Positions 48,976-58,537 of a stretch of DNA of 64,000 bases are shown one piece after another (positions within the stretch are counted from its first letter, which is position 1; every line of letters begins with the position of its first letter). Source of the DNA: Acidimicrobiia bacterium (lineage in GTDB: Bacteria; Actinomycetota; Acidimicrobiia; IMCC26256; JAMXLJ01); contig DASRES010000031.1 of assembly GCA_035651955.1 (NCBI GenBank), positions 12,184 to 76,183 on the forward strand, given 5' to 3'. A program made the translations under genes and the position numbers. The notes below the pieces were generated by a model. The model was not told where the DNA came from. It did not search any database and worked only from the letters and a program-made list of their open reading frames with translations.

Positions 48976-49218
48976 TTGGGGGGTAACGAGCACGTGGTCG
49001 GGTTGCTGATGCTCGGCTTGGGCGGCGCCGTCGCGATCCTCGGGATGCTGCTGGGATTCTTCGCGGTGTCGGCCGTCGACCCGCCGCTCGGTCGCGACAC
49101 GTCGCGCGACTCCTCGCACCGTGTCCGGGCGACGCCGCTCCCAGCCCGCAGCCGCGGGCCGCTCGCCGCGAGCCCGCAGAAGACGAACCGCGTTCGCCCC
49201 GCCTGCCGCGCGCGCTGA
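48976..49218 (+). CDS. Small hypothetical membrane protein
   Basis: Very high GC3. One hydrophobic helix (VVGLLMLGLGGAVAILGMLLGFFAVSAV) then a basic tail. Start ambiguous (TTG 48976, GTG 48994, ATG 49009). Confidence 0.35.
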   Translation: MGGNEHVVGLLMLGLGGAVAILGMLLGFFAVSAVDPPLGRDTSRDSSHRVRATPLPARSRGPLAASPQKTNRVRPACRAR

Positions 49219-49221
49219 GGC

Positions 49222-51444
49222 CTAGCGGGCGGCGACCGTCTCGGGCACCGGGACGGGCTCCGGGGTCGCGGGCCGCGGACCCTCCCCACCTTCGAGCGCG
49301 ATGCGCGGCAGCACGCGGTCGAGCCAGCTCGGCAGCCACCAGTTGGCTCGCCCGAGGAGTTCCATCGCGGCCGGGACGAGCACCATGCGCACGATCGACG
49401 CGTCGACGAGCACCGCGACGGCGAGCCCGACGCCGAACATCTGCACGACGACGGCGGGTGTCGCGACGAAGCTGAGGAACACGCTGATCATGATCAGCGC
49501 GGCCGACGTGATGACGCGCGCCGTGGTTGCCAGGCCGGACACCACGGCGGCGCGCGTCTGGCCGGTCCGTTCGTACTCCTCGCGGATCCGGGTGAGCAGG
49601 AAGACCTGGTAGTCCATCGAGAGGCCGAAGAGGATGGCGAACATCATCATCGGCACGAACGACACGATCGGCACGGTGCTGTGCAGGCCGAGCAGCTCCT
49701 TGCCCCACCCGAACTGGAACACCGCGACGACGACGCCGTACGCCGCGCCGATCGACAGCAGGTTCATGACGCCCGCGGTCAACGGGATCACGACCGACCG
49801 GAACGCGGCCATGAGCAAGAGGAACGAGAGCCCGACGACGGCGAGGATGAACCACGGCAGCCGCGCCGCGATGCGGTCGCCGAGGTCGACGTACGCGGCC
49901 GTGACGCCGCCGACGTAGACCTTCGCGCCGGTCTTCGCGACGACGGGCGGCAGCACGTCGTGCCGCAGCGTCGACACGAGTGACGCCGTCGCCGCGGAGT
50001 CGGGGCGCGACGACGGCTCGACGGTGACGACGGCCGCGTCGTGGTCCGGGCTGATCTGGGGCGGTGCGACCGCGGCGACGCCGGGCACGCCCTTCACCGC
50101 GTCGACGACGGCGTTCGCCGGTGTCGTGTCGCCGGGGCGGGGGAGCGCGATCGCGAGCACGAGCGGTCCGTTCACACCCGGGCCGAAGCCGTCGGCGAGG
50201 AGGTCGTACGCCTTGCGCTGGGTGGACGACGCCGGCGCGCTCCCGTCGTCGGTCTGGCCGAGCCGCATCTGCGTCACCGGGTACGCGAGCGTCAGCAGCA
50301 CCGCGAGGCTCACGCCCGCGAGCGGCCACGGGTGACGGGCCACGAACTGCGCCCAGCGCGCGAACCCGTGCGCGTGCGAGCCGGTGCCCTCACGGGGGAT
50401 CGACGACCGGATGCCGGGCACGCGCAGGCGGTCGATGCCGCGGCCGACGAGCCCGAGCAGGGCCGGCAGCAGCGTCAGCGCGGCGGCGATCATCACCGCG
50501 ACGACGATCGCCGCGGTGTAGCCGAGCACCGCGACGTACGGGATGCCGGACAGCTGCAGCCCGCAGATCGCGAGCACGACGGTGGTGCCCGCGAACAACA
50601 CCGCCTGACCGGCGGTCGCGATGGCGCGACCGACTGCGGCGTCGACGTCGAGCCCCGTCGCGAGCGACTCGCGGTATCGCGTGACGACGAACAGCGAGTA
50701 GTCGATACCGACACCGAGGCCGATCATCGTCCCCATCTCGGGCGCGACCGTCCCGACGTCGGTGACCGACGCGAGCAACGTGATGAGCGAGAGCCCGATC
50801 GCGAGACCGAACAGCGCGGTCCCGATGGGGAGCCCCATCGCGATCACGGAGCCGAACGCGAACAGCAGGATGACGATCGCGACGAGCAGGCCGATCGCGT
50901 CACCGTTGCCGTGCGCGGACTGGTTCCCGTAGTCGACGACGGTGCCGCCGAGCTGCACGTCGAGCCCCGCGGCGCGCGCTGGCGCGGTGGCGGCTTGCAG
51001 GTCTCGGAACGCGACGGTGCCGAGCTGCTCCGCGCTGCGGTCGTACTGCACGCGTGCGAACGCGATGCGGCCGTCCTTCGAGACGAGCGCGGCCGCGAGC
51101 GGACCCTCGGGCGCGACGACGGACGAGACGTGTGGCAGCTTCTGCAGCTTCGCGACGGTGGCCGCGATCCCGGCGGACGGCGCCGCGGCGCGCACGGTGC
51201 CGGTCTCCGTGGCGAACACGACCGTCGCGCTGTCGCCCGCCTGCGCGGGGAAGCGCTCCCGCAGGAGGTCGAGCGCGTGCTGCGACTCGGCGCCGGGGAT
51301 GGAGTAGACGTCGACGGGACGTCCATCCGAGGCCGATGCCGCGACGACGACCACCACGGCCGCGAGGAGCCACGCGGCGATGACGAACCAGTGGCGGCGG
51401 GCCGCGGCGCGACCGAGCCGATCCAGCCTTGACACGGGGCCCAC
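49222..51444 (-). CDS. MMPL family (RND superfamily) transporter
   Basis: 740 aa with two 6-TM bundles separated by soluble loops, typical MMPL organisation and N-terminus. Confidence 0.9.
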   Translation of the reverse strand: MGPVSRLDRLGRAAARRHWFVIAAWLLAAVVVVVAASASDGRPVDVYSIPGAESQHALDLLRERFPAQAGDSATVVFATETGTVRAAAPSAGIAATVAKLQKLPHVSSVVAPEGPLAAALVSKDGRIAFARVQYDRSAEQLGTVAFRDLQAATAPARAAGLDVQLGGTVVDYGNQSAHGNGDAIGLLVAIVILLFAFGSVIAMGLPIGTALFGLAIGLSLITLLASVTDVGTVAPEMGTMIGLGVGIDYSLFVVTRYRESLATGLDVDAAVGRAIATAGQAVLFAGTTVVLAICGLQLSGIPYVAVLGYTAAIVVAVMIAAALTLLPALLGLVGRGIDRLRVPGIRSSIPREGTGSHAHGFARWAQFVARHPWPLAGVSLAVLLTLAYPVTQMRLGQTDDGSAPASSTQRKAYDLLADGFGPGVNGPLVLAIALPRPGDTTPANAVVDAVKGVPGVAAVAPPQISPDHDAAVVTVEPSSRPDSAATASLVSTLRHDVLPPVVAKTGAKVYVGGVTAAYVDLGDRIAARLPWFILAVVGLSFLLLMAAFRSVVIPLTAGVMNLLSIGAAYGVVVAVFQFGWGKELLGLHSTVPIVSFVPMMMFAILFGLSMDYQVFLLTRIREEYERTGQTRAAVVSGLATTARVITSAALIMISVFLSFVATPAVVVQMFGVGLAVAVLVDASIVRMVLVPAAMELLGRANWWLPSWLDRVLPRIALEGGEGPRPATPEPVPVPETVAAR

Positions 51445-51530
51445 CCTCCCGGGAGCCGAACGGGGAACAACGGTAGATCGGCTCGTGGAGGGCTGTGCTG
51501 AACACCCACCACGCTCCGTAGGCTCGACCC

Positions 51531-52157
51531 GTGCACGAGCTGACGCCTGAGGAGGTGCGCGTTCTCGGTTGTCTGGTCGAGAAGCAGCGCACCGTTCCCG
51601 ACACGTATCCGTTGAGCCTCAACGCGCTGCGTAGCGCGTGCAACCAGACGACGAACCGTGACCCGGTCGCGTCGTACGACGAGGCGACGATCGAGGCCGC
51701 GCTCGACCGTCTGCGTGACCGCGGCCTGTCGCGGCGCGGTGTCACATCGGGCAGTCGCGTCATCAAGTACTGGCAGCTGCTCGACGAGTCGCTCGGTCTC
51801 GACGACGCGCAGACGGCGTTGCTCGCCGTGCTCATGCTGCGCGGCCCCCAGACGCCGGGAGAGCTCAAGGGGCGCGCCGACCGGCTGCACCACTTCGAGG
51901 CGCTCGACGACGTCGTCGCGACGCTCGACGCGCTCGCGGCGCGCGACGAGCCGCTCGTTGCCCGTCTCGCCCGTGAGCCCGGTCAGAAGGAGACGCGGTA
52001 CGCCCAGCTGCTCGGCACCGACGCACCCGCGTCGCCGGCGCCCGTCGCGGATCCCGCCGAACGCGAGCGGGACGGACTCGCCGAGCTACGGGCCGAGATC
52101 GGTGAGCTCCGCGCCGAGGTTCGGGCGCTGCGGGAGCGGGTCGACCGCCTAGGGTGA
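51531..52157 (+). CDS. YceH/DUF480 family protein
   Basis: LTPEEVRVLGCLVEKQRTVPDTYPLSLNAL N-terminus characteristic of DUF480. GTG start. Confidence 0.85.
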   Translation: MHELTPEEVRVLGCLVEKQRTVPDTYPLSLNALRSACNQTTNRDPVASYDEATIEAALDRLRDRGLSRRGVTSGSRVIKYWQLLDESLGLDDAQTALLAVLMLRGPQTPGELKGRADRLHHFEALDDVVATLDALAARDEPLVARLAREPGQKETRYAQLLGTDAPASPAPVADPAERERDGLAELRAEIGELRAEVRALRERVDRLG

Positions 52158-52162
52158 ACGCG

Positions 52163-52516
52163 ATGGAGAAGTTGCTCGTCTACTTCAATCCCGGCTGAGG
52201 CCAGGCGCGCGGCGCAGTGGACATCCTGCGCGAGCGAGGCGTCGAGTTCGACGTCGTCGAGTACCTGAAGACCCCGCCGGATCGCGTCACGCTGGAACGA
52301 ATCCTCGACCACATCCCCGACCCGCCGGCCGATCTCGTCCGCAAGGACAAGCGGTTCAAGGAGCTCGGGCTGGACGAGGCCGACTACCGGACCCGGAAGC
52401 AGGTCGTCGACGTGCTGCTCGCGCACCCCGAGCTCATGCAGCGACCTGTCGTGTTCCGCGGCGAGCGTGCGATCATCGCCCGCCCGTCCGACAAGGTGCT
52501 GGAACTGCTCGATTGA
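52163..52516 (+). CDS. ArsC (Grx-type arsenate reductase)/Spx-family protein with in-frame TGA at the catalytic Cys position (candidate selenocysteine, or pseudogene)
   Basis: ATG 52163 gives MEKLLVYFNPG-TGA(52196-52198)-GQARGAVDILRERG... This aligns with the ArsC pattern YHNPxCxxSR. The downstream RK.., NRP-like (MQRPVV) and RPS motifs are retained. The ORF track only shows the part from GTG 52217. Confidence 0.5.
52206..52236 (+). other. Hairpin downstream of the in-frame TGA (candidate bacterial SECIS-like element)
   Basis: Upper stem GCGCAG/CTGCGC (52212-52217 / 52226-52231) with 8-nt loop TGGACATC, and a lower stem with one mismatch and one bulge. The upper stem begins 13 nt after the TGA. 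Confidence 0.3.
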
Positions 52517-52537
52517 GCGAGACGAAGAGGAGCCTCG

Positions 52538-53806
52538 ATGGCTGTGCTCACGGCTGAGCTCGTTCGTGAAGAGGTGCGGGCGTGGCTCGCCGAGAACTGG
52601 GACCCCGACCTCACGCTGGCGCAGTGGTGGGACCGGCTCGCGGAGTCGGGCTGGGCGGTGCCGACCTGGCCGGAGGAGTGGTACGGCAAGGGCTTCACCC
52701 GCGACCTCGCGGCCGCGGTGTCCGAGGAGATCGCGGCTGCGGGCGCGGTCGGGCCGCCGTCGGGGCTCGGGATCCTGCTCGCGGGGCCGACGATCATCAC
52801 GCACGGCACCGACGAGCAGAAGCGCCGGTACCTGAAGCCGATCATCAACGGCCAGGAGGCGTGGTGCCAGCTGTTCAGCGAGCCGGGCGCGGGATCCGAC
52901 CTCGCCGGTCTCCAGACGCGCGCCGAGCGCGACGGCGACGAGTGGGTCGTCAACGGGCAGAAGGTCTGGACGTCGGGCGGCCAGCTCGCGGACCTCGGCA
53001 TGCTCGTCGCGCGCACCGACTGGGACGTGCCGAAGCACAAGGGGCTGACGTACTTCGCGCTCCCGATGGACCAGCCCGGCGTCGAGGTCAGGCCGTTGCG
53101 CGAGATGACGGGGCGCGCGCTGTTCTCCGAGGTGTTCTTCACCGATGCCCGTGTGTCCGACGACGCGCGCATCGGTGAGCTGAACGGCGGCTGGGCCGTC
53201 GCGAACACGACGCTCGCGAACGAGCGCGCGGGCCTCGGGAGCGGAGGCAGCGGCGCGCTCGGCGGCGCGTTCCCGGGACGCAAGGCCGGCTTCCTCGACC
53301 GGCGTGCCGGCGATCTCGCGGGTGGCGCGCCGCGCGGTGGTGGGGCCGGTGCAAACGTCGGGTCGACGCGCAGCGGGAAGCTCTTCATGCAGCTCGCAAA
53401 GGAGCTCGGGCGCGACCGCGATCCCGTCGTCCGCCAGAACCTCGCGCAGCTCTACACGTTGAACGAGATCGGTCGCATGACCGCGTTGCGCACGAAGGCC
53501 GCGCGTGCAGCCGGGCGCGGTCCAGGGCCGGAGGCGAACACCGCGAAGCTGATGATGAGCCGGATCACGCGGCTGTCGCGCGAGGTCGGTCTCGAGATCC
53601 TCGGGCCGTGGGGGACGCTGATGGGTCCCGACACGCCGGGCGGCGGCGCGATCCAGGAGATGGCGCTCTTCTCGCCCGCGCCGTCGATCTACGGCGGCAG
53701 CGACGAGATCCAGAAGAACATCATCGGCGAGCGTGTGCTCGGTCTCCCGAAGGAGCCTGACCCGTACCGCGGCCAACCGTTCCGCGAGGTGCCGCGGAAC
53801 GGTTGA
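52538..53806 (+). CDS. Acyl-CoA dehydrogenase
   Basis: WCQLFSEPGAGSDLAGL and GGSDEIQKNIIGERVLGLP, the same subfamily pattern as the ACAD at 6848-8020. Confidence 0.9.
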   Translation: MAVLTAELVREEVRAWLAENWDPDLTLAQWWDRLAESGWAVPTWPEEWYGKGFTRDLAAAVSEEIAAAGAVGPPSGLGILLAGPTIITHGTDEQKRRYLKPIINGQEAWCQLFSEPGAGSDLAGLQTRAERDGDEWVVNGQKVWTSGGQLADLGMLVARTDWDVPKHKGLTYFALPMDQPGVEVRPLREMTGRALFSEVFFTDARVSDDARIGELNGGWAVANTTLANERAGLGSGGSGALGGAFPGRKAGFLDRRAGDLAGGAPRGGGAGANVGSTRSGKLFMQLAKELGRDRDPVVRQNLAQLYTLNEIGRMTALRTKAARAAGRGPGPEANTAKLMMSRITRLSREVGLEILGPWGTLMGPDTPGGGAIQEMALFSPAPSIYGGSDEIQKNIIGERVLGLPKEPDPYRGQPFREVPRNG

Positions 53807-53819
53807 GGCAGGCGTCGCC

Positions 53820-54266
53820 GTGCCGCCACGACCACGCGCGCAGCGGAAGGCGGACGCGCTCGAGAAGCTCGCGCACGACGAGGACGCGTGGGTCGCGACC
53901 GCGTCGCCCGCGGGCGTCGCGCATCTCGTACCACTGTCGTTCGTGTGGGACGGCGAGCGCGTCGTGATAGCGACCGAAGCGACGAGCGTCACCGCGCGCA
54001 ACGTCGTGGCGTCAGGACGTGCTCGTCTCGGGCTCGGTCCGACGCGTGACGTCGTGGTCGTCGACACCGAGGTCGAGGTCGTCGGCGCGACCGAGGTCGG
54101 CGACGCGCACGCGCAGCTGTTCGCCGAGCGGCTGGGCTGGGATCCGCGCCCGTACGGCGGCGGCTGGGTGTACCTGCTGATGCGCCCGGTGCGCGTCCTC
54201 GCGTGGCGTGAGGCAGACGAGCTGGAGGGCCGCGTCGTCATGCGCGACGGCACCTGGGTGGAGTGA
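53820..54266 (+). CDS. Pyridoxamine 5'-phosphate oxidase-like (split-barrel flavin/deazaflavin-binding) protein
   Basis: About 148 aa. The pattern VATASPAGVAHLVPLSFVWDGERVVIAT resembles PPOX-class proteins. GTG 53820 start. Confidence 0.6.
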   Translation: MPPRPRAQRKADALEKLAHDEDAWVATASPAGVAHLVPLSFVWDGERVVIATEATSVTARNVVASGRARLGLGPTRDVVVVDTEVEVVGATEVGDAHAQLFAERLGWDPRPYGGGWVYLLMRPVRVLAWREADELEGRVVMRDGTWVE

Positions 54267-54307
54267 CGCGCCGCACCCGCGCGCCGGCGGTCCCGCGGGA
54301 CCGCCTG

Positions 54308-54832
54308 TCAGGCCGAACTCTGGGATCTGCCCGGTGTTCTGTACCGTTCATACCCCAAAGGTCGCTCGTACTGGACGATGCGATCGCCTGTTTCGGTGTC
54401 CTGCTCCTGTCCCGACCGCACGAAGCCTCGGCTCTCGTACAGCCGTTGCGCGCGTTCGTTGTCGATCCCCGTCCACAGCTCGATCGACTCGTAGCGGCGT
54501 GCGCAGGCCTCGTCGAGCAGCCCATCCAGCACGCGGGCACCGATGCCCGTGCCCCATCGGTCCGGCGTGACGAACACCATCTCGACGTGGCAGCGGCCGG
54601 GGACGACGGGTCCGCTGCCGTCACCGTCGCGTGTGTGCATCGCGAGCGCCATGCCGACCACGCGATCGTCCTCGGCAACCACGAGGAAGCTGTCCGGGCG
54701 AGAGAAGTCGTCGCGAGCGCGACGCTCCCGGTCGGCCGACGTCACGACCCCGGCGTCTCGCGCCTCGCGAGACGCCTTCCACACCGCGATCGCGGCGTCC
54801 GTGTCGTCGGCGTCTCCGAGGCGAACTCGCAC
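54308..54832 (-). CDS. GNAT family N-acetyltransferase
   Basis: Acetyl-CoA binding region VTPDRWGTGIGARVLDGLLDEA and RLYESRGF. Confidence 0.85.
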   Translation of the reverse strand: MRVRLGDADDTDAAIAVWKASREARDAGVVTSADRERRARDDFSRPDSFLVVAEDDRVVGMALAMHTRDGDGSGPVVPGRCHVEMVFVTPDRWGTGIGARVLDGLLDEACARRYESIELWTGIDNERAQRLYESRGFVRSGQEQDTETGDRIVQYERPLGYERYRTPGRSQSSA

Positions 54833-54881
54833 GCAACGCGAACGCTACGGCGACGGGACGCGGCGCTTCACCCGATTTCGC

Positions 54882-55433
54882 TCACCACGCCTTCCGGCCG
54901 AGGAACGCCAGAACCTTCGTCTGCTCGTCGCAGCCTGCCGGCGGGTCGAGCGCCGGGCCGCACACACCCTCGCCGCGCAGCGCGTCACCGAAGCCCGCGG
55001 TCGCGTCCTCGACGCGCCGGATCTCGTCGGGAGCGATGGTCTCGTCCTGACCGGTCGCGTGCGCGAGGTCCCATCGGTGCACGACGAGGTCGAAGTTGAT
55101 GAAGCGGTCGATCGACTCCGCGAACGTCATCGTCCCGAACACGCCCTCGAACGTGACGTTCGCGCGCTCCGGGTCGTCGAGGTCCGCCTGCACGACCTTG
55201 CGCGACGCGTCGAACGCGGCAGCCGGGTCGTCGTCCACGGACGGCACCTCGGGCATCTCGCGTCCGACCAGGCGCAGGAAGATCGCCGGCGTCTCGACCA
55301 CGTGCCGCACCACGTCGCGCGCGGTCCATCCTTCGCACGGCGACGGGGCGGTCCACCGGTCGTCGGGAACGCCGGCGATCGTTGTCGCGAACTCGCCGGC
55401 CAGGCGTGCGTAGCGCTCCGAGATCTCGTTCAT
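54882..55433 (-). CDS. DinB/mycothiol-maleylpyruvate-isomerase N-terminal-like (TIGR03086-type) protein
   Basis: ERYARLAGEFATTIAGVPDDRWTAPSPCEGWTARDVVRHV N-terminus typical of this actinobacterial family. ATG 55433. Confidence 0.8.
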   Translation of the reverse strand: MNEISERYARLAGEFATTIAGVPDDRWTAPSPCEGWTARDVVRHVVETPAIFLRLVGREMPEVPSVDDDPAAAFDASRKVVQADLDDPERANVTFEGVFGTMTFAESIDRFINFDLVVHRWDLAHATGQDETIAPDEIRRVEDATAGFGDALRGEGVCGPALDPPAGCDEQTKVLAFLGRKAW

Positions 55434-55506
55434 GCGCCCACGATCGCGTACTGGCCCACGTGCCATCTTGAAGAAACACGACATCGGCTCCGATACGGTC
55501 CACGAC

Positions 55507-56319
55507 GTGGTGCGACCGGTCGACGAGGACGCGCGCGGGATCATCGCCCCCGCTGCAGGTCTGCAACGGTTCCGGCTCGACCGGTATCCGCCGCGCCCGC
55601 CCGTCGCCCGCTTCGTCGACCGCTACTGGGTCCCGACGTGGGATCTCCCGCCCGGTGAGTCGTATACCCAGCGGGTCTTCGCGCACCCGGTCGTCAACGT
55701 CGTCTTCGAGCCCGATGTGGCGCTCGTCCACGGTGTGACGACCCGGGTCACGGAACGGCGGCTGGAGGGGACGGGGAGCGCGTTCGGCGTGATGTTCCGG
55801 CCCGCGGGCTTCCGCCCGTTTCTCGACGGCCCGATGTCGGAGTTACGCGACCGCTCGGTGCCTGTCGCGGAGGTGTTCGGGGCCGCGGGCGACGAGCTCG
55901 TGGAAGCCGTCCGCAACGAGACGACGAACGAGTCGCGCGTCGCGGTGATCGATCGGTTCCTTGCTGCGCGCGCTCCCGAGGCGCGCCAACCGTCGGAGGA
56001 CATGACGGCGCTCGTCGAGCGAGTCGCGGCCGACCCCACGTACGCGCGCGTCGAGAAGCTCGCGCGCGACGTCGGCATCGGCGTCCGGCAGCTGCAACGG
56101 CGCTTCGCCGATGAGGTCGGGGTGAGCCCGAAGGCGGTCGTGCGCCGGTACCGGCTGTACGAGGCGGCGGAGCGCGTGCGTGACGGCGCGGACGTCGACT
56201 GGGCCCAGGTCGCGGCCGAGCTCGGCTACTCGGACCAGGCGCATCTCATCCGGGACTTCGCCGCCGCGATCGGCACGACACCGGAGCGCTACGCACGAGC
56301 GAACCGGACGAGCCGATAG
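55507..56319 (+). CDS. AraC-family transcriptional regulator
   Basis: C-terminal double HTH (LARDVGIGVRQLQRRFADEVGVSPKAVVRRYRL ... AELGYSDQAHLIRDFAAAIGTTPERY). Start uncertain (GTG 55507 here; the ORF is open from 55432). Confidence 0.75.
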   Translation: MVRPVDEDARGIIAPAAGLQRFRLDRYPPRPPVARFVDRYWVPTWDLPPGESYTQRVFAHPVVNVVFEPDVALVHGVTTRVTERRLEGTGSAFGVMFRPAGFRPFLDGPMSELRDRSVPVAEVFGAAGDELVEAVRNETTNESRVAVIDRFLAARAPEARQPSEDMTALVERVAADPTYARVEKLARDVGIGVRQLQRRFADEVGVSPKAVVRRYRLYEAAERVRDGADVDWAQVAAELGYSDQAHLIRDFAAAIGTTPERYARANRTSR

Positions 56320-56727
56320 CTAGCCGGACGCGGTGTTGCCGAGCGCGTCCAGCATCGCGGGCGTGTCGATGAAGAACTCCGCCTTCGTCACGCGGCCGTC
56401 GTCGACCGTCCAGACGTGGCACTCCGGGAGGTCGAACGACACTCCGGTCGCGCGCACGGTTCCGACCGTGCGGCCGTACTGCACGACGCGGTTCCCCGCC
56501 TGGAACATCGCGTGCGGTGTGACGGCGGAGTCGATGGTGCCGACGAGCGCGATCGCGAACTGGGCGAGCCCGTCCGCGCCGACGTGGTGCCCACCCCACG
56601 GCAGCGCGTCGTCCTGGATCACGACGACGTCCGGATCGCACAGTGCGACGACGCGGTCGAGGTCCTTCGCCCCGAGCGCGGCGTAGACCTCTCTCACGAT
56701 TTCGAGCGGCGTGCGGATGTCGCTCAT
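56320..56727 (-). CDS. SnoaL-like / NTF2-fold protein
   Basis: 135 aa with the N-terminal pattern VREVYAALGAKDLDRVVALCDPDVV typical of SnoaL-like polyketide cyclase/ketosteroid-isomerase folds. Confidence 0.8.
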   Translation of the reverse strand: MSDIRTPLEIVREVYAALGAKDLDRVVALCDPDVVVIQDDALPWGGHHVGADGLAQFAIALVGTIDSAVTPHAMFQAGNRVVQYGRTVGTVRATGVSFDLPECHVWTVDDGRVTKAEFFIDTPAMLDALGNTASG

Positions 56728-56739
56728 GAGCGAAGGACG

Positions 56740-57834
56740 TTACGCGTCGGGGACGACGACGCCGTGGACGGGCGGCGGCACATCGGTCTCGCCGGCCATC
56801 GCCTGCAGGAGCGTCTCGGTCTCGCCCAGCGACGCGACGCGCCGGGGGAGGGTGTCGAACGGGTAGCGCCGCGAGGCGAGCACGTCGAGCGCCTGCGCGT
56901 ACGCGGGGGCGTCGACGCCGAGCGCGCCCACGAGGCGCAGCTCCTTGTACACGACGTGGTCGGGATGGAAGCCGGGCGTCTCCGCGACGCCGCGCGTCCC
57001 GGCGACGACCACCGTCCCGCCCGGCCGCGCGAGTGCGACCGCCTGCGCGAGCGCCTCGGGTGCCTTGGCGGTGACGTCGACGACGACGTCGGCGAGACAC
57101 CCCGCGCCGTCGCGCAACACGTCGACGGGGTCGTCGCTCGTGACGTCGCACACGGCGTCCGCGCCGAACTGCGACGCGATCGCCAACCGGGGCGCGTCGC
57201 GCGGACCGACGCCCGTGACCATGACGAACCCCGCACCCGCGTCCTTCGCGGCCGCGGTCGCGCACAACCCGCGGATCCCGGGCCCGAGCACGGCGACGAC
57301 GTCGCCTTCACGCGTCCCGGGCACCGTCACCGCCCATCGGATCCCGGCGCCGAGAGGGTTGAACACGGTGGCCGTGACCGGATCGAGATTGCCCGGCACG
57401 CGGTGCAGCATCGTGTCGCGCGAGAGGTACTGATGTCCGGCGTAGCCGCCCCACAACCCGGGCGCGCGCTCGACCGATGTCGCGCCGTACATGTCGCGCA
57501 GCCCATGACGGATGCAGCGGCGGTACTCGCCGGCCCGGCACGGCGCGCACTCGCGACACGACTGGAACACCTCGACCGCGATCCGGTCGCCCGGTTCGAC
57601 GCCCCACCGCCGCGCCGCCATGTCGCCGATCGCCGTGACCGTCCCGACGGTCTCGTGTCCCGGCACGAACGCGAACGGGAGCGGCAGCGTCCCCGTGTAC
57701 TGCTCGTGGTCCGTCCCGCACAGCCCGCACGCCTCGACCCGCACGACGGCGTCGTCCTCGCCGACGTCCGGCACCCGCAGCCGCCGGCGTTCCAGCCGCC
57801 GGGGAGCGACGAGCACGAGCGCGTCGGTGTCCAT
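56740..57834 (-). CDS. Zinc-dependent alcohol dehydrogenase (MDR family)
   Basis: ACGLCGTDHE and GHETVG zinc-ligand motifs. Confidence 0.9.
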   Translation of the reverse strand: MDTDALVLVAPRRLERRRLRVPDVGEDDAVVRVEACGLCGTDHEQYTGTLPLPFAFVPGHETVGTVTAIGDMAARRWGVEPGDRIAVEVFQSCRECAPCRAGEYRRCIRHGLRDMYGATSVERAPGLWGGYAGHQYLSRDTMLHRVPGNLDPVTATVFNPLGAGIRWAVTVPGTREGDVVAVLGPGIRGLCATAAAKDAGAGFVMVTGVGPRDAPRLAIASQFGADAVCDVTSDDPVDVLRDGAGCLADVVVDVTAKAPEALAQAVALARPGGTVVVAGTRGVAETPGFHPDHVVYKELRLVGALGVDAPAYAQALDVLASRRYPFDTLPRRVASLGETETLLQAMAGETDVPPPVHGVVVPDA

Positions 57835-57949
57835 CGCACGGCATTCTCGCCTGGCGGCGCGTCAGCCGGCCCCACCTCTTTGCAAGGAGAGCAGCTGCCC
57901 GAGCCGCGGGCATTCCGTCGGGTTCCTCCCACGACGTAGCCTTCCGGCC

Positions 57950-58537
57950 GTGTTCGCCGAGTTGCTCGGGACGCCGGGCGTCGAGGAGCGCGTCGAGCTG
58001 CGCTCGCGAGTGGGCTTCATGGCGCTCCACGGCGGCAGCCTCGAACGCCGGACGGCCGAGGTCGCGGCGCTCGCGGCGACGTGCGCGGGCGCGTCGCTCT
58101 ACGCGGTCCTGCAGCCGGAGGACCTGCGCTGGCACCTTCCCTCGCATCTCGCGGACCCGGCCGAGTCGGACGCGCTGCGCGCGTTCCTCGCACACTGTGA
58201 CGTGGTGTTCTCGCTCCACGGTCACGGCCGCGACGGCTACTGGACGACGCTGCTCGTCGGCGGCACCGACCGCGCGCTCGCCGCGACCGTGGCGACCGCG
58301 CTGCGCGCGGCGCTCCCCGAGTACGACATCGTCGACGACGTCGCGACGATCCCGGTCGCGCTGCGCGGGCTTCACCCCGCCAACCCCGTGAACCTCGCCC
58401 GGCGTGGCGTGCAGATCGAGCTCCCGCCGCGGGTGCGCGGCCTCGGTCCGCGATGGCGTCATCTTGCCGACGGCGAGCTCGCGCCACCGACGCGCGCGCT
58501 CGTCGACACCCTCGCGACGCTGGCGCGCGCGTCGTGA
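57950..58537 (+). CDS. Poly-gamma-glutamate hydrolase-like (DUF867) protein
   Basis: FMALHGGSLERRT, SLHGHGRD, NPVNLARRGVQIELP pattern of the PghP/DUF867 family. GTG 57950. Confidence 0.75.
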   Translation: MFAELLGTPGVEERVELRSRVGFMALHGGSLERRTAEVAALAATCAGASLYAVLQPEDLRWHLPSHLADPAESDALRAFLAHCDVVFSLHGHGRDGYWTTLLVGGTDRALAATVATALRAALPEYDIVDDVATIPVALRGLHPANPVNLARRGVQIELPPRVRGLGPRWRHLADGELAPPTRALVDTLATLARAS

